From: a virus
IMG/VR virus record: IMGVR_UViG_3300028901_000316
Strand: one strand, 5' to 3'
DNA: 64,000 bases
Part shown: positions 25,538-35,067 of the stretch, piece by piece
Layout of the letters: the number at the start of each line of letters is the position of its first letter
How positions within the stretch are numbered: position 1 is the first letter of the stretch
Program-made: the position numbers and the translations under genes
Notes under the pieces: model-generated
The model's input: the letters and a program-made list of their open reading frames with translations, nothing else
The model's database searches: none
What the model was told of the DNA's origin: nothing

Positions 25538-26620
25538 TCAGCGGCCGTCGCCGATCCCGTGCCGGCGCTTGAGTTCATCAAGCCCGATCACGCGGTCCTT
25601 GTCCGCGAACTCGCCCGGGTCGAGCTTGCCGGCACGCAGCAGCCGCGCCCGCTCTGGCCCCAGCGCCTCGTCCTGCCTCGCCGCGCTCTGACGCTTGATC
25701 CACCGGGACCATGTCTGGTCGGCCGCTACTTGGCCGTCCATCGAGGCCCGCGTGCCTGCTGGCGCGTCCGCCAGGTCGATCCCAAGCTCTTTCCACGACT
25801 TGGTGACCGGCACCGGCGTGCACCGGCAGTTCATATGCGGGGCCGCGAACCCGACCTCGATGTCGTAGACCTTGCCGTCTCGCGCGCCGCAGACCTCGCA
25901 CGTGCGGGTGTCGAGGGTCGCGACCCACTTCCAGCCCTTAACCACGTCCTTGTTGGCGCGGAAGGTCCGCATCCGCGCCGCGCCCGTCACGTCGGTCGCG
26001 GCCGTCCGCACCAGCGCCTCGGCCTCCCGGCGGGTCGTCTGCAGGATCCCGTTCCCGTATTGCGCCGCCCGGGTGCCGCGGATCGCGCGGATCATCTCGT
26101 CCACGCTCTCGCCCCGCACGAGCCCTTGGTTGAGCCGCGTGATGATCCGGTCGCGGGTCCGGATCCCCAGATCCTCACTCCACTCGCTCAGGAGCTTTCC
26201 GGCCAGCGGACCGCGCTCGACCAGTTCGGCCAGAAGCGGCCTCGCGGGCAACTTGAGTTCGAGGTTGATCGGTGCGGCCGATCTGATTGCCCGCACCTGC
26301 CACGTCGCCTCAGCCTGCGCGATCTCAACCAGGTCGCGGCGAAGCCGGTTTATCGCACGCCCGACGTCTGGCGCAATGGTGGCGTCCAGATCATCGGCAA
26401 GCCGGCTGATGACTCGGCGCACCACGCCGGACGTGATGGATCGGCCCTCCAGGTCGATCAGCGCACGCGGGAGCAGATCGATCACGTCCGCGAATGCCCC
26501 GTCGTTGAGCAGCGAGATGAAGTCCCGAACCTGCTGGTTCTTGTGCCGCTCGATCAAAACCCCGCGGGCGATCGCGTCGTCCTGGAGTTGCTCGTTGGTG
26601 GTTGGCTGGTTTCGGTCCAT
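25538..26620 (-). CDS. Head morphogenesis protein (Mu F / SPP1 gp7)
   Basis: EAEALVRTA...GWKWVATLDTRTCEVCGARDGK...PHMNCRCTPVPV...TWSRWIKRQS..QDEALG. Confidence 0.9.
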   Translation of the reverse strand: MDRNQPTTNEQLQDDAIARGVLIERHKNQQVRDFISLLNDGAFADVIDLLPRALIDLEGRSITSGVVRRVISRLADDLDATIAPDVGRAINRLRRDLVEIAQAEATWQVRAIRSAAPINLELKLPARPLLAELVERGPLAGKLLSEWSEDLGIRTRDRIITRLNQGLVRGESVDEMIRAIRGTRAAQYGNGILQTTRREAEALVRTAATDVTGAARMRTFRANKDVVKGWKWVATLDTRTCEVCGARDGKVYDIEVGFAAPHMNCRCTPVPVTKSWKELGIDLADAPAGTRASMDGQVAADQTWSRWIKRQSAARQDEALGPERARLLRAGKLDPGEFADKDRVIGLDELKRRHGIGDGR

Positions 26621-26632
26621 CCGCGTCTGGGC

Positions 26633-26857
26633 TCACATGCGTTCCTGAATCCGCTCCTGTGCCCACTCGATGAGCTGCAGGCAGATTCCGGTGGTGTCGG
26701 GATAGATCGACGCTTGCGACGCGGTTATGACCGTGAGGGGAAGCTCTGTCGGCTTTGAGAATCGCTCCCGAATCAGCACCAACGCTTTCGACCGCGTCGC
26801 CAACTCCCTGATCAGGTCGTCGGTCGGCACCAGCGTGATGTCGGGCTTGCCACTCAC
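26633..26857 (-). CDS. Hypothetical protein (74 aa)
   Basis: GTGA overlap with the portal stop; LVPTDDLIRELATR. Confidence 0.6.
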   Translation of the reverse strand: MSGKPDITLVPTDDLIRELATRSKALVLIRERFSKPTELPLTVITASQASIYPDTTGICLQLIEWAQERIQERM

Positions 26858-28401
26858 GCCGCCGCTCCACTCGCGTCGCCCGCCCCGCCCGAGCTACCGC
26901 CCGTGCCCGTGCCTTGGCCCGAGCCTCCAACTGCCTGTCTGGCCGGAACGTCGAGGTGATTGCTCATCCCGCCGAGCGCCGGTCCCTCGGCCTCGATGCG
27001 CGCCATTTCCTCCGTGATGTCGAGTTCGGGGCTGAGCGTGCTGCGGCGCTGAAGCTCCTTGAGGTACGTCTCGCGCGACAGATCGCCCGCGGCCCTCGCG
27101 GCCTGTATCGAGTTCAGGTCTTGCTGCGACGCGGGCAGGATGAAGTCGCTGAAGATCCGGACCTCAAACCCGTCTGGCAGTGCGGTCCCGGCCCACTCGC
27201 ACGCATATTCGCACGCTTCGCGCCAGATCCGCTCCAGCGAGCGAATCCACCGCTGCGCGACCGACATGTCGCGGCTCTCGTCGATCGACTTCCCGGTCGC
27301 GGTCGAGGACGCGGAACGCTCTACGAACGGCCGCATCCCCAGCGTCTGCATCTGCTCCTCGAGCGCACGAAGCTCGTCAACCCCGACCTTGATCGCGTCG
27401 CCCTTCTGCTCGGCGAAATCGACCCGTGCGTCCGACTCGGGAAAGCTCAGGAAGCTCGCCGGCGTGACCTTCACCTCTTTGGGCTTGTCATTGCTGGTCG
27501 TGTCGGCCTTGGGCTTGTGGCCCGTGATGTAGAGCATCGCGATGCGGGCAAACGCGGTCGCGTAGCGCTGCGCCGCTGTGGACTGCCAGTGGGCGACGTT
27601 CAGATAGGCCAGATCCTCGTAGGGCGGCTTCGCGACCATGCAGCCTTCGCGGTCGAAGTAGCAGGTGAAGATCGGGACGCGATCGAGCGGCTTCCCGTTC
27701 TTGAGCAGCGGGACCGAGGCCTCAACCTTCCACTCGGTCTTGCCATTCTCGTCCTTTTTCTCTCGCCACACCGTCACCGATTCTGGCGTGATGACCCGCA
27801 CCGTGTTGGTGGTGGTCTCGGACCAGTCGGCCTCCACCACCGTCTCGGTCTTGCGGATCCGCACCTCGGTCACGATCGTGGTCGAGCCTCGCTGCTCAGT
27901 CCGCCACCCGATCACGTCGCGCGGGTCCACCATCACGAGTGTCGGCCGCGCCCCGACCTGCATCTCGTCCGCCCGCGTCGCGTTGTTCGGCACGGTGGTG
28001 TAGTCCACCAACAGATGGACCATCCCATACCGAGCCGCCGCACCGAACGCCTCGCGCAGCTGCTCGTCGGCCGACATTCCGGCGCCGTCGATGTTCGAGA
28101 GCAGGGACTCGAGCCACGTCTTGGCCTCGCCCTTGAGATCCTCGACGCCCTCGAACGTGACCGCTTTGGCGAACGGTCGATTGGTCGCGTCGTCGATCGC
28201 TTGGCCGAGCCCGTTGTAGAGAACCGCGAGCTTGAGCTTCGACCTGTAGTCCTCGTCGTCCTCAAGGCGCTGCTTCGGCAGGTATCGCGTTCCCAGGTCG
28301 CGCATCCGGCGCGTGCCGCCCAGCAGATCGTCGATGATCTGCCACCGCTCCGCCATAGCGGTGTAGTCACGGCAGGGCGTGTTGACGTTCGATTCAACCA
28401 T
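26854..28401 (-). CDS. Portal protein (DUF4055 type)
   Basis: WQIIDDLLGGTRRMR...YLPK...EDYRSKLKLAVLYN...KPPYEDLAYLNVAHWQS...LSRETYLKELQRR. Confidence 0.88.
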   Translation of the reverse strand: MVESNVNTPCRDYTAMAERWQIIDDLLGGTRRMRDLGTRYLPKQRLEDDEDYRSKLKLAVLYNGLGQAIDDATNRPFAKAVTFEGVEDLKGEAKTWLESLLSNIDGAGMSADEQLREAFGAAARYGMVHLLVDYTTVPNNATRADEMQVGARPTLVMVDPRDVIGWRTEQRGSTTIVTEVRIRKTETVVEADWSETTTNTVRVITPESVTVWREKKDENGKTEWKVEASVPLLKNGKPLDRVPIFTCYFDREGCMVAKPPYEDLAYLNVAHWQSTAAQRYATAFARIAMLYITGHKPKADTTSNDKPKEVKVTPASFLSFPESDARVDFAEQKGDAIKVGVDELRALEEQMQTLGMRPFVERSASSTATGKSIDESRDMSVAQRWIRSLERIWREACEYACEWAGTALPDGFEVRIFSDFILPASQQDLNSIQAARAAGDLSRETYLKELQRRSTLSPELDITEEMARIEAEGPALGGMSNHLDVPARQAVGGSGQGTGTGGSSGGAGDASGAAA

Positions 28402-28403
28402 GA

Positions 28404-31118
28404 TCAGGGCTCCGCAGTCCAGGTGCCGGTGTAGGACTTGACCCGCCAGGTGCCGGTCGTGTCGGCGATGAGCGTCACGGTGTTCCCGACCGTGTTGCTC
28501 GTGAGGTACTTGCCAGCCGCACCCGGAACGCCTGTGCTTGGCAGCGCGACCGTCTCGGTCCCGTTGGGATCGATTCGGAAGCTCTGTGCCGCCGCGACCG
28601 TGAAGGTGTACTCGTAACCCGCGCGGGCGGCAGGCAGTGTCCCCGTCACAGTTCCGCTCGCGCCCGCGTTGGTGTAGTTAGTCTGGTGCTCGCCGTAGCT
28701 GATCGTCCAATCAGCCGTCTTGGCCGCGATGCGGGTCGTCTTCTGATCGACGGCCCAGATCCAGCCCGCGGGCGCACCGGTGTAGAGGTCGCTCGTCGTC
28801 TGAGTTTCGAGCGCGATCACCGGACCGACGCCGACCGGGACACCGTTGGCCGTGAGCGTCGTGGTGGCCGTCTCGTTGTAGACGCGATCGTTCGCCTTAG
28901 GCGTCAGTCTGTTGGCCAGCACCGGGCAGTCCGGGTCGTTGATCTGGATCTTGGCCGTTCCGCTGCCGGTGAAGACTGTCGTGTAGCTGCCGACCTTCTT
29001 GAAGCCCGCACCCTGAATCCGCAGCGTGCCGGTCGTCGTCTGGAACAGAAGATTGCCGCCGAGATTCTCGCCGGTCCAGTCGTCGTAGAAGATCGTCAAC
29101 GCCGAAGAGCTGCTCTGCACCGCCGTGCCGCCGTTCTTCGTGGTCACGCCGTCAAATCGCCAAGTCTGCGGCAGCACCTGAGCGCCGTTGAGGTAATGGA
29201 CGATCGAGATGCTTGTGCGACTGCTCGGTGTGAAGGTCGCGCCGCTGGTTGATCCGGTGATCACGTTCGTGCCGTTGAACGTTCCCGACGTCGCGATCGC
29301 GAATGCCTTGTTGTTGGTGGACTCGAAGCCGCGGAATCGCCCAACCGCTCCGCTCGACGCCTGAGTGATCACCTCGTCATAAATGAAGCTGCCCGGGCTC
29401 CCGAGCGAGATTCCGAACTCCTCCCCGCTGTGATTGCCAAGTCCGTCCGTCACACAGTTGGTGAATTGGACATCGGGAATCACGTCGGTCGGGCCCCCCG
29501 CGTTGATCAACCGACCTTTCACACCCAGCGGGATGTTGCAGTTCGAAACGTTCACGCGCCCGATCCCGCCGCCGTTGCTGCTCGCGAGGTTGATCACGGC
29601 GCCGATGGTGGCGTTTGGCGTGTCGATCCCGTCGATCGTCAGGCTTTGAAGGCTCATCTGGACAAACGCCACCGCCGAGGCGGACGCCCCGATCGTCCGA
29701 TCGATCTCGATCGCGTCGTCGCTGACCCTGCGCGTCACGCGATACTGACCGATCGTCGTGTTGGTGCCGGCCGTCACCGCGATCTGATCACCCTCTTGCC
29801 ACACATAGCGGTTGAACGCGCCCGTTTTGGTCAGCCGGAGATTTGCGTTGTCCCACGAGGCGCCGGTGAAGGACAGTGGAAACGAGGCTGACCCGCTCGC
29901 GTCGTAAGTCACGGCCGACGAGAACTGGTTGCCGACTTTCACGCCACGAACCGTAATGTTCTTCGCGTTTCTCGCATTGATCTGCACCATGCCGCTACCC
30001 GGGGTCGCGAATCCGGTGACACCGATCACGTCAATCGAGTCCATGAGGCAGCCGACGAGTAGGCCTCCGACCTGATAGTCGTCGCTGAACGCCACGAGCG
30101 GACCGTTCTGCGACGTGCCATGGATCGACTTAATCTCGCCATCTCGAATCGTGTCCGTCGGCCGTCCGGTCGCACGCACGGGCTGAAACGTGTTCTGTGC
30201 ATAAACGCCGTCGATCTTGAACCAACGGATCTCGCGCGGATAGGTGTTCGAGTCGCCCGTGAGCTCCGGGTAGTAGCCGGTGAGCGTCACCTGAGAAACG
30301 TCCAGGTTGCCGCCCTCGCTCGCGATCAGAGCGACCACGTTGTCGCCGTGACCCGCCACCGCGATCGCGTGGATGTCGCTGACTTCGAGGTGATAGAGCG
30401 GCCCGTTGAAGTGGAGGAAGTCGCTGAAAAGCTGACGACCCGTGAGGCCCTTGCACTTGACGTGCGTGGCGTCGCCGATCTGAACCGCGTACTTGATGCT
30501 CGTCGAGCTGGTGTCAAACGTCAGCTCGCGGATCGACAGGTCGTCGACCCCCATCAACACGACCGTTTGGCCGCCGTAGAACTCCGGCCCCGTGTTGTCG
30601 ATCGACTGCGCCTGGTCGTTGCGGATCGTGCCCGAGCCGTAGAGCAGGATGTTGCGATTGCGACCAACCGGGTCCTTGTTGGCCAGCATGACGCGGTTCG
30701 CGCCGGCAGCCAATCGCAGCACCACCCCCGAGCCAAGTTCGAGCGATGTGTTCGACCCGATCGTGAGCGCTGCCCGGATCGTGATGCCCGAGAGCATCGT
30801 GACCGACTTGGAAGGCGGCCCGGTCGATGGCGAACCGACGAGGTACTCACCTGGCGTGAGAATCTTCACCTGACCGCCGCCCGCAGCGTCTGCCTCGTCG
30901 AGCGCGGCCTGGATCGCTGATGTGTCGTCGATCGCGTCACTCGGTGACGCGTTGACCGGGTAGTAGACCTTCCCCACCGCCACCGCATCTCGCACAGGTC
31001 CGAAGCGGAGTCGCACCTGCTGGGCGCTGGCAATGTTCGGGTTGCTGAGCAACCCCGCGACGAAGAACAGCGAGGCCGCGAGGCAGAGTCGAAGGATCCA
31101 CGAGTGAAAGAGCTTCAT
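28404..31118 (-). CDS. Large beta-helix (pectate-lyase-3/tailspike-like) protein with an N-terminal signal peptide
   Basis: Hydrophobic N-terminus ending NIASA|QQ; DDTSAIQAALDEADAAGGGQVKILTPGEYLV is a typical beta-helix cap; Gly/Thr/Ser/Asn-rich; C-terminal beta-sandwich (AKTADWTI...TGTLPAARAGYEYTF). Confidence 0.7.
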   Translation of the reverse strand: MKLFHSWILRLCLAASLFFVAGLLSNPNIASAQQVRLRFGPVRDAVAVGKVYYPVNASPSDAIDDTSAIQAALDEADAAGGGQVKILTPGEYLVGSPSTGPPSKSVTMLSGITIRAALTIGSNTSLELGSGVVLRLAAGANRVMLANKDPVGRNRNILLYGSGTIRNDQAQSIDNTGPEFYGGQTVVLMGVDDLSIRELTFDTSSTSIKYAVQIGDATHVKCKGLTGRQLFSDFLHFNGPLYHLEVSDIHAIAVAGHGDNVVALIASEGGNLDVSQVTLTGYYPELTGDSNTYPREIRWFKIDGVYAQNTFQPVRATGRPTDTIRDGEIKSIHGTSQNGPLVAFSDDYQVGGLLVGCLMDSIDVIGVTGFATPGSGMVQINARNAKNITVRGVKVGNQFSSAVTYDASGSASFPLSFTGASWDNANLRLTKTGAFNRYVWQEGDQIAVTAGTNTTIGQYRVTRRVSDDAIEIDRTIGASASAVAFVQMSLQSLTIDGIDTPNATIGAVINLASSNGGGIGRVNVSNCNIPLGVKGRLINAGGPTDVIPDVQFTNCVTDGLGNHSGEEFGISLGSPGSFIYDEVITQASSGAVGRFRGFESTNNKAFAIATSGTFNGTNVITGSTSGATFTPSSRTSISIVHYLNGAQVLPQTWRFDGVTTKNGGTAVQSSSSALTIFYDDWTGENLGGNLLFQTTTGTLRIQGAGFKKVGSYTTVFTGSGTAKIQINDPDCPVLANRLTPKANDRVYNETATTTLTANGVPVGVGPVIALETQTTSDLYTGAPAGWIWAVDQKTTRIAAKTADWTISYGEHQTNYTNAGASGTVTGTLPAARAGYEYTFTVAAAQSFRIDPNGTETVALPSTGVPGAAGKYLTSNTVGNTVTLIADTTGTWRVKSYTGTWTAEP

Positions 31119-31182
31119 GCAACGACGCCTTGATGCAAGGTGCGGATGGAAAGAACGGGCGCGTCCGTGCGCCCTGCCCGGG

Positions 31183-31773
31183 TCAGATGAACTTGAACTG
31201 GATGAACGCGGTGTTGACCGTGCCGGTGCCGGCGAGAGCGGTCTCGATCACGACGAGCAGTTGGTCACACCCGTCGCAATCCCAGGAGTGGATGAGCTGA
31301 TCCGAGGTCGTGTACTTGAACGTCCCGTCGCTCACGTCCGTCCCCGCGACCGCGAGTGTCTCCGAGACGTTGCCCCGCACGCTCTTGATCAGCTGCCACG
31401 CATCGGCGCCGGTGCGGCCGAACACCTTCACGACCGGCGCGGTCGAGACCGAAAGGCTCGCGTCGTATGCCATCCGGAGCCGCAACGTGGTGCCGCCGCT
31501 CCGCTTGATGATCGGGGTGGTGTTGCGCGTGACCTGCGTCTCGGGATTGGTGACCGTCGCGGCGTCGATTGCGTTGATCAAGGTCGTGCCGGTCTGCCAA
31601 CGCGCGGTCACGGTCATCGGAATCGTCGTCTGGCCAGGTGCACGCACGTCGCTCCCGACCTCGCTCGTCGGTGCATAGGCCGACGCGATGTTGAAGAGCG
31701 ATGGCCCGAGCACGAGACTCAGCAGGGCGAAGACGAGCAAAGTGGCACCGACGCGACTGGGCGAGCGATTCAT
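31183..31773 (-). CDS. Hypothetical exported beta-rich protein
   Basis: LLVFALLSLVLGPSLFNIASA|YA signal peptide; Thr-rich beta-strand pattern. Confidence 0.65.
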   Translation of the reverse strand: MNRSPSRVGATLLVFALLSLVLGPSLFNIASAYAPTSEVGSDVRAPGQTTIPMTVTARWQTGTTLINAIDAATVTNPETQVTRNTTPIIKRSGGTTLRLRMAYDASLSVSTAPVVKVFGRTGADAWQLIKSVRGNVSETLAVAGTDVSDGTFKYTTSDQLIHSWDCDGCDQLLVVIETALAGTGTVNTAFIQFKFI

Positions 31774-32279
31774 GGATTCTCCTTGGTTGGCTTGACGCCC
31801 CCGACGTAGAGGGCGAACTTGCTGCGTTCATCGAGGCGAGCCAGCTCGGCCCGCTGTTCGGCCTCGCGGTCGCGGAGTTCACTCACGTCCCGCGCGATCG
31901 CAGAGAGCGAGGCCTCGTGCGCGATGTCGGCCTTGGCGAGCGGCAGCACGTACGCGCTCCCAACCGCGCCGATGATCAGCACGCCGAGCGAGACGGCCGC
32001 GATCACGACCGACCAGTTGGTGTGGCTGGATCGCGACTGCTCGTCGAACTTCCCGTTGATCTGGCTGAAGACCCGCTCCATGCGGGCATCGCGGTCCTTC
32101 AGCTCGGCCCCGGTGCGCTGCTGCTGCTCAGCGACCAACGCCGCGACCTTGTCGAACCCGCGATCCACATGGCTCTGGAGGTTGCCTATCTGCGATCGGA
32201 TGTCGCCAATCTGGCGTTCCATCACCTCGACGCGGGGAGTGAGTGTGGCGGCGTCGTCGATGTCGTGGCGCTCGGTCAT
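31770..32279 (-). CDS. Coiled-coil membrane protein (single TM)
   Basis: Heptad N-terminus, TM WSVVIAAVSLGVLIIGAVGSAYVLPL, heptad C-terminus. Confidence 0.7.
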   Translation of the reverse strand: MTERHDIDDAATLTPRVEVMERQIGDIRSQIGNLQSHVDRGFDKVAALVAEQQQRTGAELKDRDARMERVFSQINGKFDEQSRSSHTNWSVVIAAVSLGVLIIGAVGSAYVLPLAKADIAHEASLSAIARDVSELRDREAEQRAELARLDERSKFALYVGGVKPTKENP

Positions 32280-32746
32280 CCCTCACCCCCAGCCGGTGGG
32301 GCCGAGGGCGGCGTGGGCGGCCTATAGCTGTCGTTGGCGTCCGCGGGATTGGGCGCGTCCCCGAATCGCCGGGGCGGAACGTAGTTCGGCGGAAGCACAA
32401 ACTTCGGCACCTCGGGTGTGTCGGGCCTGCCCGCGAGGTTGGTCGGCTGATCAGCCATCACCTGTGCGATCAGGCGATCGAGATCCTTCTCGCTCATCGG
32501 CGCTGCCGCGGCGGCGTCCTTCACCGCCTCATCTGAGGTGTGCGAGAGTACATAGGCGACTATCCATGCGATCCCGCCCGTCGCGATCTCGATTAGCGCG
32601 ATGATGTGATCGGCCTTCTGTCCCGTAATCCCCTTGCCCAGGATTGCCGTTCCGCCGACATAGAGAGCCATCCGCATCAGCCGTCCAACTGCCGCCGGCC
32701 GCAACGTCGCGATATCTCGTCCGATTCCTCGCCAGTCGATCTTCAT
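32276..32746 (-). CDS. Holin-like membrane protein
   Basis: Two hydrophobic segments (LMRMALYVGGTAILG; IIALIEIATGGIAWIVAYVL) and a Pro-rich tail. Confidence 0.5.
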   Translation of the reverse strand: MKIDWRGIGRDIATLRPAAVGRLMRMALYVGGTAILGKGITGQKADHIIALIEIATGGIAWIVAYVLSHTSDEAVKDAAAAAPMSEKDLDRLIAQVMADQPTNLAGRPDTPEVPKFVLPPNYVPPRRFGDAPNPADANDSYRPPTPPSAPPAGGEG

Positions 32747-32879
32747 GGTTCGTCTCCCTGCGCTGTCAGAAGCTGTCAAACGGGCGAAAACTGACATCTG
32801 CGAATGCCCCCGCGCCGGTGCACCGGGACGGGGACGAAACATGGGGCCACACCTGGCGCGTTGTGCCGTGGTCGCCGCG

Positions 32880-33602
32880 TTAGGGCGCGACGAGGAACTG
32901 GGCGATCTTGGTGAGTTCAGCCGCGACGCTGGGAACGACGTTCTTCAGCAGGTCGGCCGTCCGTTCGATCTGGGCGATGTCGACGGCTTTCTGCGCCTCT
33001 GCCTGCGTCTTCCAAGCGTCCTTCCACGCAATGAGACTCTGGTTGGACGAGTCGAAAGGCGTGCTTGCCAGGGTCTCGAACTTGAGGCCCTTGCCCTCGA
33101 GTTGTCCGGTCGCGGGGTTGAAAGTCAGGCTGTCGGCCGTCGCCCGCACGTCAGTGCCGCTGACGGAGTTGAACACGATGTTGCCATCGGGCTGTTTTGC
33201 GAACGCGATGTTGCGCACCACCGTGTTGTTGAGGAGTGCTCGGCTCTGCTTGCCATCCGCGAGCACGTAACCACCGGGGCCGGTGCTGCTGGTACTCACA
33301 CTTTCAACCGGCACGACGGGTTTGCCGTCCGCGCCCAGCACCGCGCCGCCGTTGGCGTCCTGCACCGCTCCGGTCGGGGTATCGACCGCGAGTGTGATGG
33401 GACCGGTGTTGCGCAGCTCCCGCTGGTTGTCGCCCTGTCGGAACGTCTGGCCGACCGTTCCACTGTTCGACGCGCACCCGCCGAGCGGGACCATCAGCCC
33501 CACGCAGGCCGCCAACGCGATCGCGATCAAGCTGCCACGGCCTGGCGAGCGGGCTGCAGACCGAGACAAACCCGCGAATCCCCACAGTCGAATGTTGCAC
33601 AT
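32880..33602 (-). CDS. Putative lipoprotein (possibly spanin-like)
   Basis: LIAIALAACVGLMVPLGG|CASNSG lipobox; helical C-terminus. Confidence 0.6.
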   Translation of the reverse strand: MCNIRLWGFAGLSRSAARSPGRGSLIAIALAACVGLMVPLGGCASNSGTVGQTFRQGDNQRELRNTGPITLAVDTPTGAVQDANGGAVLGADGKPVVPVESVSTSSTGPGGYVLADGKQSRALLNNTVVRNIAFAKQPDGNIVFNSVSGTDVRATADSLTFNPATGQLEGKGLKFETLASTPFDSSNQSLIAWKDAWKTQAEAQKAVDIAQIERTADLLKNVVPSVAAELTKIAQFLVAP

Positions 33603-33672
33603 GACGAGACTCCTTGGTGCCGAAAGACGAGAACGGACTCGCCAATCGGTACCACCGAGCCTCGGTTGTGCG

Positions 33673-35061
33673 CTAGATCGCTCCCTGCGCGGTCATCTCG
33701 CTCCCCTCGCCGACCGGGAACTGCTGGTGGATGTAGTACCCAGCGCCGTCGGAGATGTGGGTCAGGACATCGCCCTGTTTCTTGAGCAGCTCGCCCGACC
33801 CGCCCTCGACCAGCCGCACGCCCTCGAGGTCGTCGATCAGGTGTGGGCACCGCTTGGCGTCGATGATCCACCGCACCGTGCCGTCGATCGACCTGAGCCG
33901 GCTGTTGACCGCATTGACGCGCGACCGCTCGGGAGGGTTGGAGTTCGGCACCGCGTCCTCGACGTATGCGAACTTCTCGCGGAGCGTCGCTTTGACGAGA
34001 TCCCAGTCCGAGCCCTCGACCTTGGCCGAGCCCTTGTTGCCGCCCGACGCGTCGCCGAACAAGATGACCTTGCCCTTGTGATGGCCCCAATCTTGAATGA
34101 GGCGCCGGCACACCATCGGGGTGTTGGAGTGCTTTGGGATCCAGACCTCGCCGATCGCGGCGGTGTAGCGCTGGGCCCGCCGTACTCTGATCACCCGGCC
34201 GTCCTCGACCATTTCGCCCAGCATCCGCTCTGGCGCGTCGAGTTCCTGCTTCACAACCGCGACCCCAGGGCTCTCGTTGAAGTCGAAGCAGAAGAGCAGC
34301 GGGCGATCGGGGCGGTACGCGACCTCGCTGTCCGACTGCGGGAGGTTGAAGCGCCGGTCAAACTGGTAATACGCGCGACCAATGAGCGTGCGGGGATCCG
34401 CCAGGATCTCCTGCGAGTAGGTCGCGGGGTCCATCGAGGACTTGAGGCTCTCGATCTCCTGCGGGGTGTTGACATCCTCTGCCGACCAATAGAACGCGTC
34501 GAACTCGGTCTTGTTGCGCTGGCTCGCCCACTCGTTCCACAACTGCATGTGGTGGTTGAAGCCGAGCGGTTTTGACTCGATGATGGCCCAACCGTTGCGC
34601 TGTGTGAGTGCAGGGCGGAGTGAGTTGGTCCATGCTTCCTTCTTGCACGCCGCAAACTCGGTGATGATCAGTCCCGAGAGCGGACGACCTTCGCCACGCT
34701 TAGGCCTGTCGAGCCCAACGACACTGATCATCGAGCCGTTGCGGAGCCGGATCTCCATTCGGCCGTCTTTGGCCTTGCCCACCATGGCCCACTCGGGCAC
34801 GAGGGCCTTCAACCGATCCCAGAAGATGAGCCGGGCTTGGTCCTGCGTTGGGGCCGCGCAGATGTAGAGCGCGTCGACGTACGCGCACTGGGTCACCGCA
34901 GCCTTGACCAAGAACCGGAGCGATACCTCAGTCTTTCCGCTCTGCCTACCAGCGCGGATGATCCGGAAGCGGGCTGTGGAGCGCAGAAACCGGTCGCGCT
35001 CGACGTGTCGCCAGAGCGGGAACCAGCCCGCGGGCAAGAGCGATGGGTTCGCCGCCACCAT
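33673..35061 (-). CDS. terL: Terminase large subunit (Terminase_6-like)
   Basis: IIRAGRQSGKT (Walker A), GEGRPLSGLIITEFA (Walker B-like), CFDFNESP, FGDASG, HISDGAGY. Confidence 0.92.
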   Translation of the reverse strand: MVAANPSLLPAGWFPLWRHVERDRFLRSTARFRIIRAGRQSGKTEVSLRFLVKAAVTQCAYVDALYICAAPTQDQARLIFWDRLKALVPEWAMVGKAKDGRMEIRLRNGSMISVVGLDRPKRGEGRPLSGLIITEFAACKKEAWTNSLRPALTQRNGWAIIESKPLGFNHHMQLWNEWASQRNKTEFDAFYWSAEDVNTPQEIESLKSSMDPATYSQEILADPRTLIGRAYYQFDRRFNLPQSDSEVAYRPDRPLLFCFDFNESPGVAVVKQELDAPERMLGEMVEDGRVIRVRRAQRYTAAIGEVWIPKHSNTPMVCRRLIQDWGHHKGKVILFGDASGGNKGSAKVEGSDWDLVKATLREKFAYVEDAVPNSNPPERSRVNAVNSRLRSIDGTVRWIIDAKRCPHLIDDLEGVRLVEGGSGELLKKQGDVLTHISDGAGYYIHQQFPVGEGSEMTAQGAI

Positions 35062-35067
35062 CGCGCG

